Assembly (NCBI GenBank): GCA_038886995.1
Contig: JAWALG010000004.1
Span: 1 to 43,148, forward strand
Origin: Candidatus Iainarchaeum sp.
GTDB lineage: Archaea; Iainarchaeota; Iainarchaeia; Iainarchaeales; DTGL01
Length of the DNA stretch: 43,148 bases
Reading direction: 5' to 3'
Part shown: in pieces, positions 9,923 to 19,357 of the stretch
How the letters are laid out: every line of letters begins with the position of its first letter
How positions within the stretch are numbered: the stretch's first letter is position 1
Notes under the pieces: model-generated
Seen by the model: only the letters and a program-made list of their open reading frames with translations
Database searches by the model: none
What the model was told of the DNA's origin: nothing
Made by a program: the position numbers and the translations under genes

Positions 9923-10690
9923 CTATCTGCTTGCTGTTTGTTCCCCCAGTATTTCAATTACCCTTCGCTTTTTCCTTGAAAATCTGTACAAGCCATGTGC
10001 AGCAAAAGGTTTTGATTCTAAGTAGCGGTCTCTTATCTTGCTAAAAAGCTCTGCATGTGGCGTTTCAAAAAAGTAAAGTTCGCTTCCAGATTCAAAAATA
10101 GGCCTAGCACTTTTAAGTATCTCATCAACAACTGCCTCAAACCAAGGCTTTCCAAGAACTTGGTTTACTTTTCTCATGTCAACGCCCTTTATTCCTTGGA
10201 CAAAATCAATATAGTGCCTGTTTAAGATTGAGTCAAACCTAAACCTAAACAGGCCGAATTCCCCAACGCCTTTTACGCTTACAACATAAACCCCATTTAC
10301 GACATGCCCATCAGGCATGACATGCTTAGCTTTATGGTGCACTTCAAATTTTTTTCCAGGTTTAAGTACATTAAATATTGTTTCGACAGTAGCAACAAGC
10401 ACCCTGGGCTTAACTCTCCTATATGCAGCAAAATCAGGCAAGCTATCATGGATGTGTGCCACAATGTGTTTTCTGTCTGCTTCAGGGAACTCAGCAGCAT
10501 TTCTAAGCAAGCTGCTGATTTTTCTATACAGGTAAATTTTTTCGGAAAGCCCAACATTTGGTAATGAGAATATGTCCCGTTTAAGCTCACCCTTAATTTT
10601 TCTTCTGGCATTCTCTGCGATTGCGCTTGGCGCCTTTGCCTTATTTCTTTTAATTGCGCTAATGTTTAATCTACGGAACGGCTTTCTCAT
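9923..10690 (-). CDS. Hypothetical protein with basic N-terminal leader
   Basis: 255-aa ORF filling the gap between fen and pdaD, with a TATA-like element about 25 nt upstream. No firm family. Confidence 0.7.
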   Translation of the reverse strand: MRKPFRRLNISAIKRNKAKAPSAIAENARRKIKGELKRDIFSLPNVGLSEKIYLYRKISSLLRNAAEFPEADRKHIVAHIHDSLPDFAAYRRVKPRVLVATVETIFNVLKPGKKFEVHHKAKHVMPDGHVVNGVYVVSVKGVGEFGLFRFRFDSILNRHYIDFVQGIKGVDMRKVNQVLGKPWFEAVVDEILKSARPIFESGSELYFFETPHAELFSKIRDRYLESKPFAAHGLYRFSRKKRRVIEILGEQTASR

Positions 10691-10804
10691 GAAAATATTT
10701 TCTTCTTTGTAGAATAAAATTGTTTACTCAATTTTCTTCTGCAAGCAATTTTTTTTCCAAAACAAATATTTTTAAGCATATAGCATGCATATATAAACTT
10801 TAGA

Positions 10805-11269
10805 ATGGACATAATTATCACAGCTGCGACAGGCACTGGCAATACTGAACTTAGTGCCTTTGATAATGCTCTTTGGAATGCTGGTGTAGCTAATTATAAC
10901 TTAATTAAGCTTAGCTCAATAATCCCACCAGCTTCTAGAATAATTCTAAAAAAGCCGGAGCAAAATCCAGAGGAATATGGGCGCAGATTGTATGTTGTGA
11001 TGAGTGAGCAAAGAGCTAGCAAAAAAGGGCAGGTTGCGTGCGCAGGTGTTGGTTGGTATATACTTGAAGATGGTCGCGGTGTTTTTGTTGAACACCACGG
11101 AACTTCTGTTAAGAAAGTAGAAAGTGAGATTAAAAAATCACTCCAGGACCTTGCAGACCAAAGAGGCATAAAGGGAGTGCAGTTCAACATGAAAATCTCA
11201 AGTGCAAAATGCACATCAAAACCAGTTTGCGCACTCGTGTGTGCTATTTACAAGAGCGAACCATGGTGA
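10805..11269 (+). CDS. pdaD: Pyruvoyl-dependent arginine decarboxylase
   Basis: TELSAFDNALWNAGVANYNLIKLSSIIP, with the SS self-cleavage site. Confidence 0.92.
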   Translation: MDIIITAATGTGNTELSAFDNALWNAGVANYNLIKLSSIIPPASRIILKKPEQNPEEYGRRLYVVMSEQRASKKGQVACAGVGWYILEDGRGVFVEHHGTSVKKVESEIKKSLQDLADQRGIKGVQFNMKISSAKCTSKPVCALVCAIYKSEPW

Positions 11270-11340
11270 CGGGGTAAGTTTCCCACCTAACTGTTTCAGC
11301 GTCTTTTTAAATTTTTTTAATAATAATATTTTTTGGTTAA

Positions 11341-11874
11341 ATGTGCGCTTCAAAACTTTCTTCAAAAGCTTTGATCATCTTTTCTCTCATAGCGGCAATT
11401 GTGGTTTCGTTTGCTGCCGGCTATTATGTTTCAATTTTGTACAATACAAACACTAAACCAAGCCCATCACCATCTCCAACACCATATACGCCAGATGTTG
11501 ATTTTGTCCAATGCAAAACACCTTACGTATGTATTTCAGAAGCCTCAGCTGAGGAAAGAGATTGCACAAAAGTAAGCGAAAAGTTGTGTGGTATAAAGGG
11601 CGGCTACGAAGCCCGTAGCATAATAGAAGAGTTTTGTTATTCTTGCCCAAGCACTAAAGCAAGTCCAACCCAAAGTGGTTTTTGTGGTTACTCTACGTAT
11701 GCTTCTTGCTCTGCGGATTCAGATTGTGTGACAGGTGGCTGCTCAGGACAAATTTGCATGGGCAAGCGCGAGCCAGGCGGAATAACCACTTGCGAATGGC
11801 GTGATTGTTATGATGAAACTAAGTATGGGCTAAGCTGCAAATGTGTTTCTGGCAGGTGTCAGTGGGCGCCTTAA
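11341..11874 (+). CDS. Membrane-anchored Cys-rich protein with a C-terminal eight-cysteine-cluster domain
   Basis: N-terminal [11 protein letters not shown] linker, and CSADSDCVTGGCSGQIC...TTCEWRDCY...CKCVSGRCQW. Confidence 0.82.
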   Translation: MCASKLSSKALIIFSLIAAIVVSFAAGYYVSILYNTNTKPSPSPSPTPYTPDVDFVQCKTPYVCISEASAEERDCTKVSEKLCGIKGGYEARSIIEEFCYSCPSTKASPTQSGFCGYSTYASCSADSDCVTGGCSGQICMGKREPGGITTCEWRDCYDETKYGLSCKCVSGRCQWAP

Positions 11875-11943
11875 CAAATCAATATTCTTCTTTTGCATAA
11901 ACCAAGCGCAACCTATAAAAAAACAACTTATTTTTATGAATTT

Positions 11944-12318
11944 ATGCTTTGCGAGGTTTGCGGCAAAGATTTTCCTAAACTTGTTAGGGCTGAAATTGAG
12001 GGCGCAGAACTTATGGTTTGCTCTGAATGTTCAGCGCTTGGCAAAGTACTTAGAGAAACACAAGATTATGTTGCTCGCCCATCAGTGCAAAAGATAAGCA
12101 TAGCACCAAAAATTCAGGAGCCACCACAGGTTATTGAGAACATCGGTGCAGAGGTTAAAAAGGCAAGAGAGAAACTCGGCCTTACAAGAGAAGATCTTGC
12201 CAAGAAAATTTTTGAGAAGGAATCCCTCCTGGTGCGCATTGAGAACACTAACTTCGAGCCAGAAGAAAAGGTAATAAGGAAGCTTGAAAAGGCATTAGGC
12301 ATAAAGCTTATTGAATAG
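11944..12318 (+). CDS. mbf1: Archaeal multiprotein bridging factor aMBF1 (Zn ribbon plus HTH)
   Basis: MLCEVCG...IEGAELMVCSECSALG and AREKLGLTREDLAKKIFEKESLL...KLEKALGIKL. Confidence 0.93.
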   Translation: MLCEVCGKDFPKLVRAEIEGAELMVCSECSALGKVLRETQDYVARPSVQKISIAPKIQEPPQVIENIGAEVKKAREKLGLTREDLAKKIFEKESLLVRIENTNFEPEEKVIRKLEKALGIKLIE

Positions 12319-12325
12319 TGGTCTT

Positions 12326-13756
12326 ATGGATTTTTTTGCAGAGCCAGCTTCATTGTTTGGAATTGTTGTCTTAATTGTTCTCTTTGTTTTAGGGTCTACT
12401 TACCTGCTGAAAAGATTCCGATCAGTTGAATCACATGTTGTTTACTCGCTATGGCGAAGTGAGAAATTTGCTAGCGCAATAAGGCAACTATCATTTATGG
12501 GCCCTGTTGTGAATTTTTTCGCAATAATTGGTGCAATTCTTGGCTTTGGGGTTTTGGCAGCAGATTTTATTTTTGCAAAAGAAAAAAAGCTATGGTTACG
12601 TTTGGCTTTAGCAACAATCATTTCTTTGAACATGGCAATATTTTACTTTTTCACTTTTCGTTCATTAGTTTTAGGCACAACCTTTACAAGGCCTTATGAC
12701 ACTATTTTCTTGTTGTTTTTTTCAGTTTTCGGAATGTCTTTTTTTGGTTTTATACTGATGCTTGTAAATGGCATACATATACTTCAAGGTATCTTTGCAG
12801 GGTCAACAGTTTGTCCTGGAGTAGCGCCACTAATACCTGGCGTAAGAATACCGAAAGTGCCTGTTTTTATTCCCTGGTATGGTTGGCTTGCTTTGCTGAT
12901 CGCAATGCTGCTGCACGAGGGCGCGCATGGCATACAAGCAATTAAATCAAAATTGAAACTAAAAAGCGCCGGCGTTCTGCTGGTGGGGCTTTTGCCTTTC
13001 GGTGCGTTTGTTGAGCCGGATGAAGAGCAGTTAAAAAAAGCAGATTTCAAGAAACGCATAACAATATATGCTGCTGGACCTTCCGCAAACTTATTTTCAG
13101 TGCCTATTTTTCTAATAATTGCATTACTTTTCAACTCTTATTTTGTAATGCCTGTATACGAAAAATACCAAAAGTCATACCTTGAAAATGTTGAAGGCGT
13201 TGAAGTCAGCAATGTTCTTGAAACAATCCCATACTGCAATTCCCCAAAAAGCCCTGCCTTTGGCATACTTAAACCCGGGGTGAGAATCGTAGCTGTTGAC
13301 GGAAACCAAATAAAAAATCGCCTCGAACTTTATGGCATATTGAGCTCAGAGCGTTTTAAGGAACGTACATTCACAATAATTGACGAAAACAAGGAATTAG
13401 TTGTGTCTCTTTTACCAAACCAGGAGTTACCTCTCAACCCACCTGAAAACTTTGGCTTCACAGTAAAAGATGTACTAAAGGAAAATGCAAATATAGATTT
13501 AGAGGCAAGAGAAGCACTTATCAATTTGTCATTGATAGAGAACTTCCTCTGGCTTTGTTTCCTGCTTTCTTTCCTTGTGATGCTTTTTAACTTTTTGCCA
13601 ATAGTTCCTCTTGACGGTGGCTATATTGCAGGCGACCTTTATTCTTACTATTTCTTTGGTGAGATAAACGAAAGAAACAGAAAAATTGTCTCAGATGTGC
13701 TACTCGCATTTTTCTTTATAATAGCCCTTTTGAACATTTTGCCTTTTTTTATCTGA
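12326..13756 (+). CDS. Site-2 (M50) intramembrane metalloprotease with PDZ-like insert
   Basis: HEGAHG, GAFVEPDE, AAGPSAN and FNFLPIVPLDGG; PDZ-like SPAFGILKPGVRIVAVDG. Confidence 0.92.
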   Translation: MDFFAEPASLFGIVVLIVLFVLGSTYLLKRFRSVESHVVYSLWRSEKFASAIRQLSFMGPVVNFFAIIGAILGFGVLAADFIFAKEKKLWLRLALATIISLNMAIFYFFTFRSLVLGTTFTRPYDTIFLLFFSVFGMSFFGFILMLVNGIHILQGIFAGSTVCPGVAPLIPGVRIPKVPVFIPWYGWLALLIAMLLHEGAHGIQAIKSKLKLKSAGVLLVGLLPFGAFVEPDEEQLKKADFKKRITIYAAGPSANLFSVPIFLIIALLFNSYFVMPVYEKYQKSYLENVEGVEVSNVLETIPYCNSPKSPAFGILKPGVRIVAVDGNQIKNRLELYGILSSERFKERTFTIIDENKELVVSLLPNQELPLNPPENFGFTVKDVLKENANIDLEAREALINLSLIENFLWLCFLLSFLVMLFNFLPIVPLDGGYIAGDLYSYYFFGEINERNRKIVSDVLLAFFFIIALLNILPFFI

Positions 13757-13822
13757 ATCTGGACTGAGTAAAAAGCTTATAAAAAAGAAAGAAAAAAAGA
13801 AAATAAAAAAGAAAAGATAGAT

Positions 13823-14896
13823 TTAGGGTATGAAGTCAAGCCCTAAATCTTTGCTTGAGCCGTAAGCGCTTGCAGCTTTAATCGACTTGGTTGCGCCCTT
13901 TATGTAAGGTGATGTTACGCCTGTGAAGATCCCAATCACTTCAAGCTTATTCTCGAAGGTTGGATCGACCCTTGCGCCCCAAATGACTTGCGCTTTCGGA
14001 TCTATGCGTTCAGTGAGCATTTCACCGACAGCGTTTGCTTCACCAAGTGTCAGCTCTGGGCCGCCTGTGATGTGTATAAGGGCACCTGTTGCGCCTTCTA
14101 TGTTCACATCAAGTAGTGCGTTCTTAAGGGTGTCTTCCACAACCTCATTTACTCTGTCCACTGACTTGGACTCACCAACAGCTATCATGCTGAGGCCTTT
14201 GTTGCTCATGACCGCGCGCACATCAGCATAGTCCAGGTTTATGAGTGATGGCTGAGTTATCGTCTCAGTTATGCCTCTTACTGCCCTTGCTATTACCTCA
14301 TCAGCAACCCTAAAGGCATCTTGTATTGGCAGGTTCGGCACGAGTTCAACAAGGCGGTTGTTGTCAATCACAATTACAGTATCTGCTGTTTCTTGCAGCC
14401 TAGCAATACCGCCTTCTGCTTTTTCCAACCTTGCTTTCTCAAGCGCGAAGGGATATGTTACCATGGCAATTACAATTGCTCCTTGTTCTTTCGCTATCTC
14501 TGCAACTATTGGAGCACTTCCTGTGCCTGTGCCTCCGCCCATACCTGCTGTTACAAATAGCAAGTCAACTCCGCTAAGAACTTCTTCTAATGTGCTCCTC
14601 GATACCTCTGCTGCCTTTGCGCCTATCTCTGGGTAGCCACCTGCACCTAAGCCGCGAGTGACGCTCTTACCTATCAGGATCTTGGTAAGCTCGTCATTCA
14701 TTAAAGAAAGGTGCTGTTTATCTGTATTAACTGCGACAAGCTTTGCACCAACAATTCCCATGCTGGCAAGCCTGTTTACAGTGTTACAGCCGCCACCACC
14801 AGCACCCACAACCATAATTTTGGGCGTGCCAAATTCTTCTAGGGTATCTTCTTCAACTTTTGCTTTATCCACAGCATTTTCTATGATGCTTTTCAT
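13823..14896 (-). CDS. ftsZ: Cell division protein FtsZ
   Basis: [26 protein letters not shown] and [16 protein letters not shown] before ATG 14896. Confidence 0.98.
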   Translation of the reverse strand: MKSIIENAVDKAKVEEDTLEEFGTPKIMVVGAGGGGCNTVNRLASMGIVGAKLVAVNTDKQHLSLMNDELTKILIGKSVTRGLGAGGYPEIGAKAAEVSRSTLEEVLSGVDLLFVTAGMGGGTGTGSAPIVAEIAKEQGAIVIAMVTYPFALEKARLEKAEGGIARLQETADTVIVIDNNRLVELVPNLPIQDAFRVADEVIARAVRGITETITQPSLINLDYADVRAVMSNKGLSMIAVGESKSVDRVNEVVEDTLKNALLDVNIEGATGALIHITGGPELTLGEANAVGEMLTERIDPKAQVIWGARVDPTFENKLEVIGIFTGVTSPYIKGATKSIKAASAYGSSKDLGLDFIP

Positions 14897-15436
14897 ACAC
14901 CTCACCTCAATTTTTTAAAAAAGTTTAATTTGTATAATATATTGGCTAAACTCCTTTAAATAGCTTTTGTTTTTAAAAATAAAGATAATTAACATTTTAT
15001 TACTAAATGTGATTTCTGTTAAGACAAAGTTGAATGAAATAATGCTAAAAAGTTATTTAAATTAACTTGAATTGGCAATTCAGGTTCTCTTTTTTTATCT
15101 AACTTTCGCTATTTTAAAAAACTTTAAAATCAAAGTTATTTTAGGTCTTAAAAATTGCTAAGGACCGTTTAAAATTTTTTTAAAGCGTTTTTAGTATTGC
15201 TAAGAAACAAAAAACAATTAAAAAGCTCTTTAAAGGCTTAATCACTTCAAGCTAACTCGTCTATCAAAACATATTATCAAGGGCTATAATTTCCTCGTTA
15301 TGTATAACTATACTTTTTATGGGCTTTTGGTGTAAAAATGTTTTCTAAACCTCCCAAAAGAAGTGCCAATAAGGAAACATTATAAAATATTTTCCCATAA
15401 ATTTGCTTAATACTACAACCTCTTAATCTTTGTAAT

Positions 15437-15508
15437 GTCCAAGTAGCTCAGTGGTAGAGCAACCGGCTGTTAACCGGTAGGTCGGAGGTTCGAATCCTCC
15501 CTTGGACG
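15437..15508 (+). tRNA. tRNA-Asn(GTT), no encoded CCA
   Basis: GTCCAAG/CTTGGAC acceptor, ACCGG-CT-GTT-AA-CCGGT anticodon arm, GGTTCGAATCC T arm. Confidence 0.96.
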
Positions 15509-15557
15509 CTCTTGTTTTTCTTATATATTTAAAACGAATATACACAATAATCTATGC

Positions 15558-16184
15558 ATGAACCAACGCGGTTTTGTACCAATTGGCAGTAGTGCAAAAA
15601 CAAGGGGTTTTCCAGCATTAACACTGCTTCTCGTTGTAATCAACGCTTTAGTTTTCTTTTTGTTGCCTGGAGACACTGCCATAAACCTTGCGTTCATACC
15701 AAACCATCCAGCCATACTAAATCTTTTTACCCACATGTTTATTCATGCTGATTTATTTCACCTTCTAGGAAACATGCTTTTTCTTTGGATTTTTGGCAAA
15801 GCAGTGGAAGATGCTTTAGGTTCTAAGAATTTTTTGGTAATTTACTTCATAGCAGGGCTTGTTGCAATCTTTGCACACTCTTTTCTTACAACTGCGCCTA
15901 ATGTGCCTGTTGTTGGTGCGTCAGGTGCCATTTCAGGGATTTTGGGAGCTTATCTTATGCTTTATCCCACATCGAAGGTGCGTGTTTACTTCGGCTTTTT
16001 TATAAGCGCTGATATGCCAGCAATGTTCTATGCTTTTGTTTGGTTTGGAATACAATTGTACTTTGGTTTAATCAGTCTACATCAGGATCTCAGTGTCGCA
16101 TTTTTTGCCCACATAGGTGGCTTCATTGCAGGCATCGTGCTGCTTCCGATGCTACTACCTCGAAGGAAGATACAAAGGATTTAA
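15558..16184 (+). CDS. Rhomboid intramembrane serine protease
   Basis: FIHADLFHLLGNMLFLW, VGASGAISG and AHIGGF. Confidence 0.95.
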   Translation: MNQRGFVPIGSSAKTRGFPALTLLLVVINALVFFLLPGDTAINLAFIPNHPAILNLFTHMFIHADLFHLLGNMLFLWIFGKAVEDALGSKNFLVIYFIAGLVAIFAHSFLTTAPNVPVVGASGAISGILGAYLMLYPTSKVRVYFGFFISADMPAMFYAFVWFGIQLYFGLISLHQDLSVAFFAHIGGFIAGIVLLPMLLPRRKIQRI

Positions 16185-16240
16185 CTTAAGCAAAGCTATT
16201 GGCATACACTTTATTTAATTTTTTTAATCAATTCTATATT

Positions 16241-16975
16241 ATGGTTCTCCCATGGATAATTGCAGCCACTGTAATCAACAGCTTTTTGGCTTTAGTCGGC
16301 GGAATTTCCCTTCTAATAAAAAAGGACTATTTTGAAAAGCTAATTTTTGTGTTAATATCATTCTCTGCAGGCGCTTTGCTTAGCGGTGCTTTCTTTCATC
16401 TCATTCCAGAAGCGCTTGAATCAATTGAAAAAGATACACTTTTTTTCATTGTTTTTGCTGGCTTCTGTTGTTTTTTCATTATTGAAAGGTTTTTGCACTG
16501 GCACCATTGCCACGAAGGTAAATGCAAAGTACATCCTGTGAGCTGGCTTATAACGATAGGCGATTCAATACACAATTTTGTGGATGGTACAATTATAACT
16601 GCCAGCTTTTTGGTAAGCGTACCATTTGGGGTATTAACCACTATGTTAATAATTGCACACGAGCTGCCCCAAGAGCTCGGTGACTTTGCAATACTTGTCC
16701 ATAGTGGGGTTAAAAGAGGAAAAGCACTTCTAATGAATTTTATTTCCCAGACAGCATGTATTGTTGGCGCATTTTTGTCTTACTTTTTGCTAATAAGCAG
16801 CGACGCTACTGTCTTTCTTCTGCCATTTGCAGCTGGCGGCTTTATATACATTTCAGCATCTGACCTAATTCCAGAACTACACAAAGAAGCCAACCTGAAA
16901 AAAAGCATGGCCTCTTTTGCCATCTTTATAATTGGTGTTCTTTTCGTGCTTTCAATTAGGCTTCTCTTTGAGTAG
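16241..16975 (+). CDS. ZIP-family metal (zinc) transporter
   Basis: HWHHCHE loop, DSIHNFVDG and AHELPQELGDF. Confidence 0.93.
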   Translation: MVLPWIIAATVINSFLALVGGISLLIKKDYFEKLIFVLISFSAGALLSGAFFHLIPEALESIEKDTLFFIVFAGFCCFFIIERFLHWHHCHEGKCKVHPVSWLITIGDSIHNFVDGTIITASFLVSVPFGVLTTMLIIAHELPQELGDFAILVHSGVKRGKALLMNFISQTACIVGAFLSYFLLISSDATVFLLPFAAGGFIYISASDLIPELHKEANLKKSMASFAIFIIGVLFVLSIRLLFE

Positions 16976-18308
16976 TTTTTTTCTTTATTCCTTCTGCTGC
17001 AATGATTCCAGTAACAGCAGCGTAAACTATTCCCCTTGAAAAGCCACTTGCGTCACCGGCAACATAAAGGTTTGGCACATTTGTCTCCAAAAACTCATTA
17101 GTGACATATTTTGTGTCGTAGAATTTTATTTCTGGTGCATAAACTAAAGTAGCATCTGATGCAATGCCCGGCATCACAAAGTCGAGCTTTTGTATCGCCT
17201 CTATGATGTTCTGAACAACCCTTCTTGGCAGCGCCATTGCTATATCTCCAGGGGTAACTTCTTTAAGTGTTGGCTCTATTGGTGCTTTCCTTATGCGTTC
17301 CCATGTGCTTCTGCGCCCTTTCCTGAGGTCTTTGTAGCGCTGTATTATTGGCTTGTTTCCGCCTATTGTTGAGGCCAACCTTGCAATGCTACGTCCATAT
17401 TCTGTTGTGTCTTCAACAGGATCTGTTAGGTTAATCCGATTCAACAACGCTATGTTTGTGTTGCTTGATTTTTTGCCTTTTTCAGCATGGCCATTCACGA
17501 GAACAAAGCCATCAAATTGCTCTTTTGTTACAAAACCTCTGGGGTTTGTGCAGAATGTCCTCACCATATCGTCATATGTTTCAGTGTAAAGGCGGAATTT
17601 TGCATCATACATTATGCGCTCAATGTTTTCATATATTTCAGCAGGAAACTCAATTCTGACACCGACATCAATTGGGCCATATTTTGTTTTGACTCCCAAC
17701 TCATGCAATGTTTCCCTTAGCCAGTACGCTTTGCTTCTGCCCGGGGCACATACCAAACTCTTGCATCTAATCTTTTCTGAAGAGGTCTCAATCTCAAAAG
17801 AACTTTCAATTTTTTTTATTTTTTTGGCTTCAGATTCTAGAATAAACTCTATGCCTTCTTTTTTTAGTTCTCTATAAAACTTGTCGATAATCTTTGGAAG
17901 ATTATCAGTACCTACATGCTTCTGCTTTCCAGCTACAAACTCAATGCCTGCACTTTCAGCTCTTTTCTTAAGTTCCTGAAGCTCTTTGCCATTAGTGCCT
18001 GAAAATTCTTTTGGTGCACCGTAGCTTACAAATGCTGCATCGACTTCATCAATTAGCTTCTGCAGCTCAGAGGCAGACCTTTTAAGTTCCTCAGGGCTGC
18101 CCCCTATTTCATAGGTAAGGTTAAGTTTTCCATCAGAATAAGTGCCAGCGCCACCAATGCCAAATATGGCATCCTTTGGGTTTTCTGCTGGCTTTCTATC
18201 CAAAGGCGCTTTTCCCATTTCTAAAACAACTACTTTTTTTGTTCCAGCCAATCTCTTCGCAGCAAAAAGCCCAGCAGGTCCAGAGCCAATAATAGCAACG
18301 TCATACAT
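16956..18308 (-). CDS. FAD-dependent oxidoreductase (uncharacterised COG2509-like family)
   Basis: IIGSGPAG, GGAGTYSDGKL, VRTFCTNPRG, VNGHA and LYVAGD. Confidence 0.88.
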   Translation of the reverse strand: MYDVAIIGSGPAGLFAAKRLAGTKKVVVLEMGKAPLDRKPAENPKDAIFGIGGAGTYSDGKLNLTYEIGGSPEELKRSASELQKLIDEVDAAFVSYGAPKEFSGTNGKELQELKKRAESAGIEFVAGKQKHVGTDNLPKIIDKFYRELKKEGIEFILESEAKKIKKIESSFEIETSSEKIRCKSLVCAPGRSKAYWLRETLHELGVKTKYGPIDVGVRIEFPAEIYENIERIMYDAKFRLYTETYDDMVRTFCTNPRGFVTKEQFDGFVLVNGHAEKGKKSSNTNIALLNRINLTDPVEDTTEYGRSIARLASTIGGNKPIIQRYKDLRKGRRSTWERIRKAPIEPTLKEVTPGDIAMALPRRVVQNIIEAIQKLDFVMPGIASDATLVYAPEIKFYDTKYVTNEFLETNVPNLYVAGDASGFSRGIVYAAVTGIIAAEGIKKKTTQREA

Positions 18309-18387
18309 TGTAATTTCCCTTTTATGTTTTACTCAAAAAGGTTTTAATGGCTTTTCATGTGTCTAAAACTATTTAAGTTGGTAATTT

Positions 18388-19290
18388 ATGGTAAAGGGCC
18401 TTGAAAAATACGATTCCATTCTTAGAAAGAAAGCAAAGCCGCGATATCTGCTTGCAAAATCATCAGGTTTGCTAAAGCAGAAAATAGAAGAAGCAGAGCA
18501 AGTTTTGCACAGCTGTGAGCTTTGCGAGAGAGAATGCAAGGCGGATAGGTTATCAGGAAGCACCGGCTTTTGCGGCTGCGGGCCAAAAGCAAGGGTTTTT
18601 GGTGCCTTTGCTCATCATGGCGAAGAGCCAGAGCTTGTGCCTTCAGCGACAATTTTCTTCGCGGGCTGCACAATGCGATGCGTTTATTGTCAGAATGCTC
18701 CAGACAGCATTATGCCTGCTTTGGGTGAGGTTTGGAATGAACAGAAAATTGCAAGCTGGGTTGAAGCAATGCACAAAAATGGTTGCAGAAATGTTAACTT
18801 CGTTGGTGGGGATCCAACACCTTACTTATATAACATACTTAAGGCACTCTTTTATTGTAACGCACGTATTCCAGTAGTGTGGAACTCAAATGCTTACTAC
18901 AGCATGAAGACAGCAAACTTGCTTAAGGGAATCATTGATGTTTATCTTCTTGACTTTCGGTATTTTGATGATAAATGCTCAGTCAAGTACAGCGATGCCC
19001 CTAATTATGTAGAAGCTGCAAAAAGAAATTTTTTAGCAGCTTATGAAGATGCAGAACTTATAGTAAGGCTACTTGTGATCCCTTCGCATACCGAATGCTG
19101 TGCAAAACCGATACTTAGGTGGCTTGCTGAGAGCTTAGGTAAAGATGTTAGAGTAAATATATTGGGCCAATATTGGCCTGCTTATATGGCGTATAAATAC
19201 AAAGAAATCAACAGGCATTTAGATGAGAAAGAATTGTATGAAGTGCTTGATTATGCAGACGACCTTGGCCTTAGAAACAGGGTTCTATGA
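18388..19290 (+). CDS. Radical SAM protein, PflX / PFL-activase-like family
   Basis: CELCERECKADR, HHGEEPEL, GCTMRCVYCQN and VNFVGGDPTP. Confidence 0.9.
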   Translation: MVKGLEKYDSILRKKAKPRYLLAKSSGLLKQKIEEAEQVLHSCELCERECKADRLSGSTGFCGCGPKARVFGAFAHHGEEPELVPSATIFFAGCTMRCVYCQNAPDSIMPALGEVWNEQKIASWVEAMHKNGCRNVNFVGGDPTPYLYNILKALFYCNARIPVVWNSNAYYSMKTANLLKGIIDVYLLDFRYFDDKCSVKYSDAPNYVEAAKRNFLAAYEDAELIVRLLVIPSHTECCAKPILRWLAESLGKDVRVNILGQYWPAYMAYKYKEINRHLDEKELYEVLDYADDLGLRNRVL

Positions 19291-19357
19291 GCATTCAAGG
19301 CCAACACAACAAAATCCAATAAAATTTTAATTGGTTCGCGGGCTTATTCTTTAGGTT

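Noticed and set aside
15363-15379. GTGCCAATAAGGAAACA as an ORB element
   Set aside because: Poor match to TCCA-x-TGGAAAC, single copy, no G-string and no cdc6/orc1 nearby.
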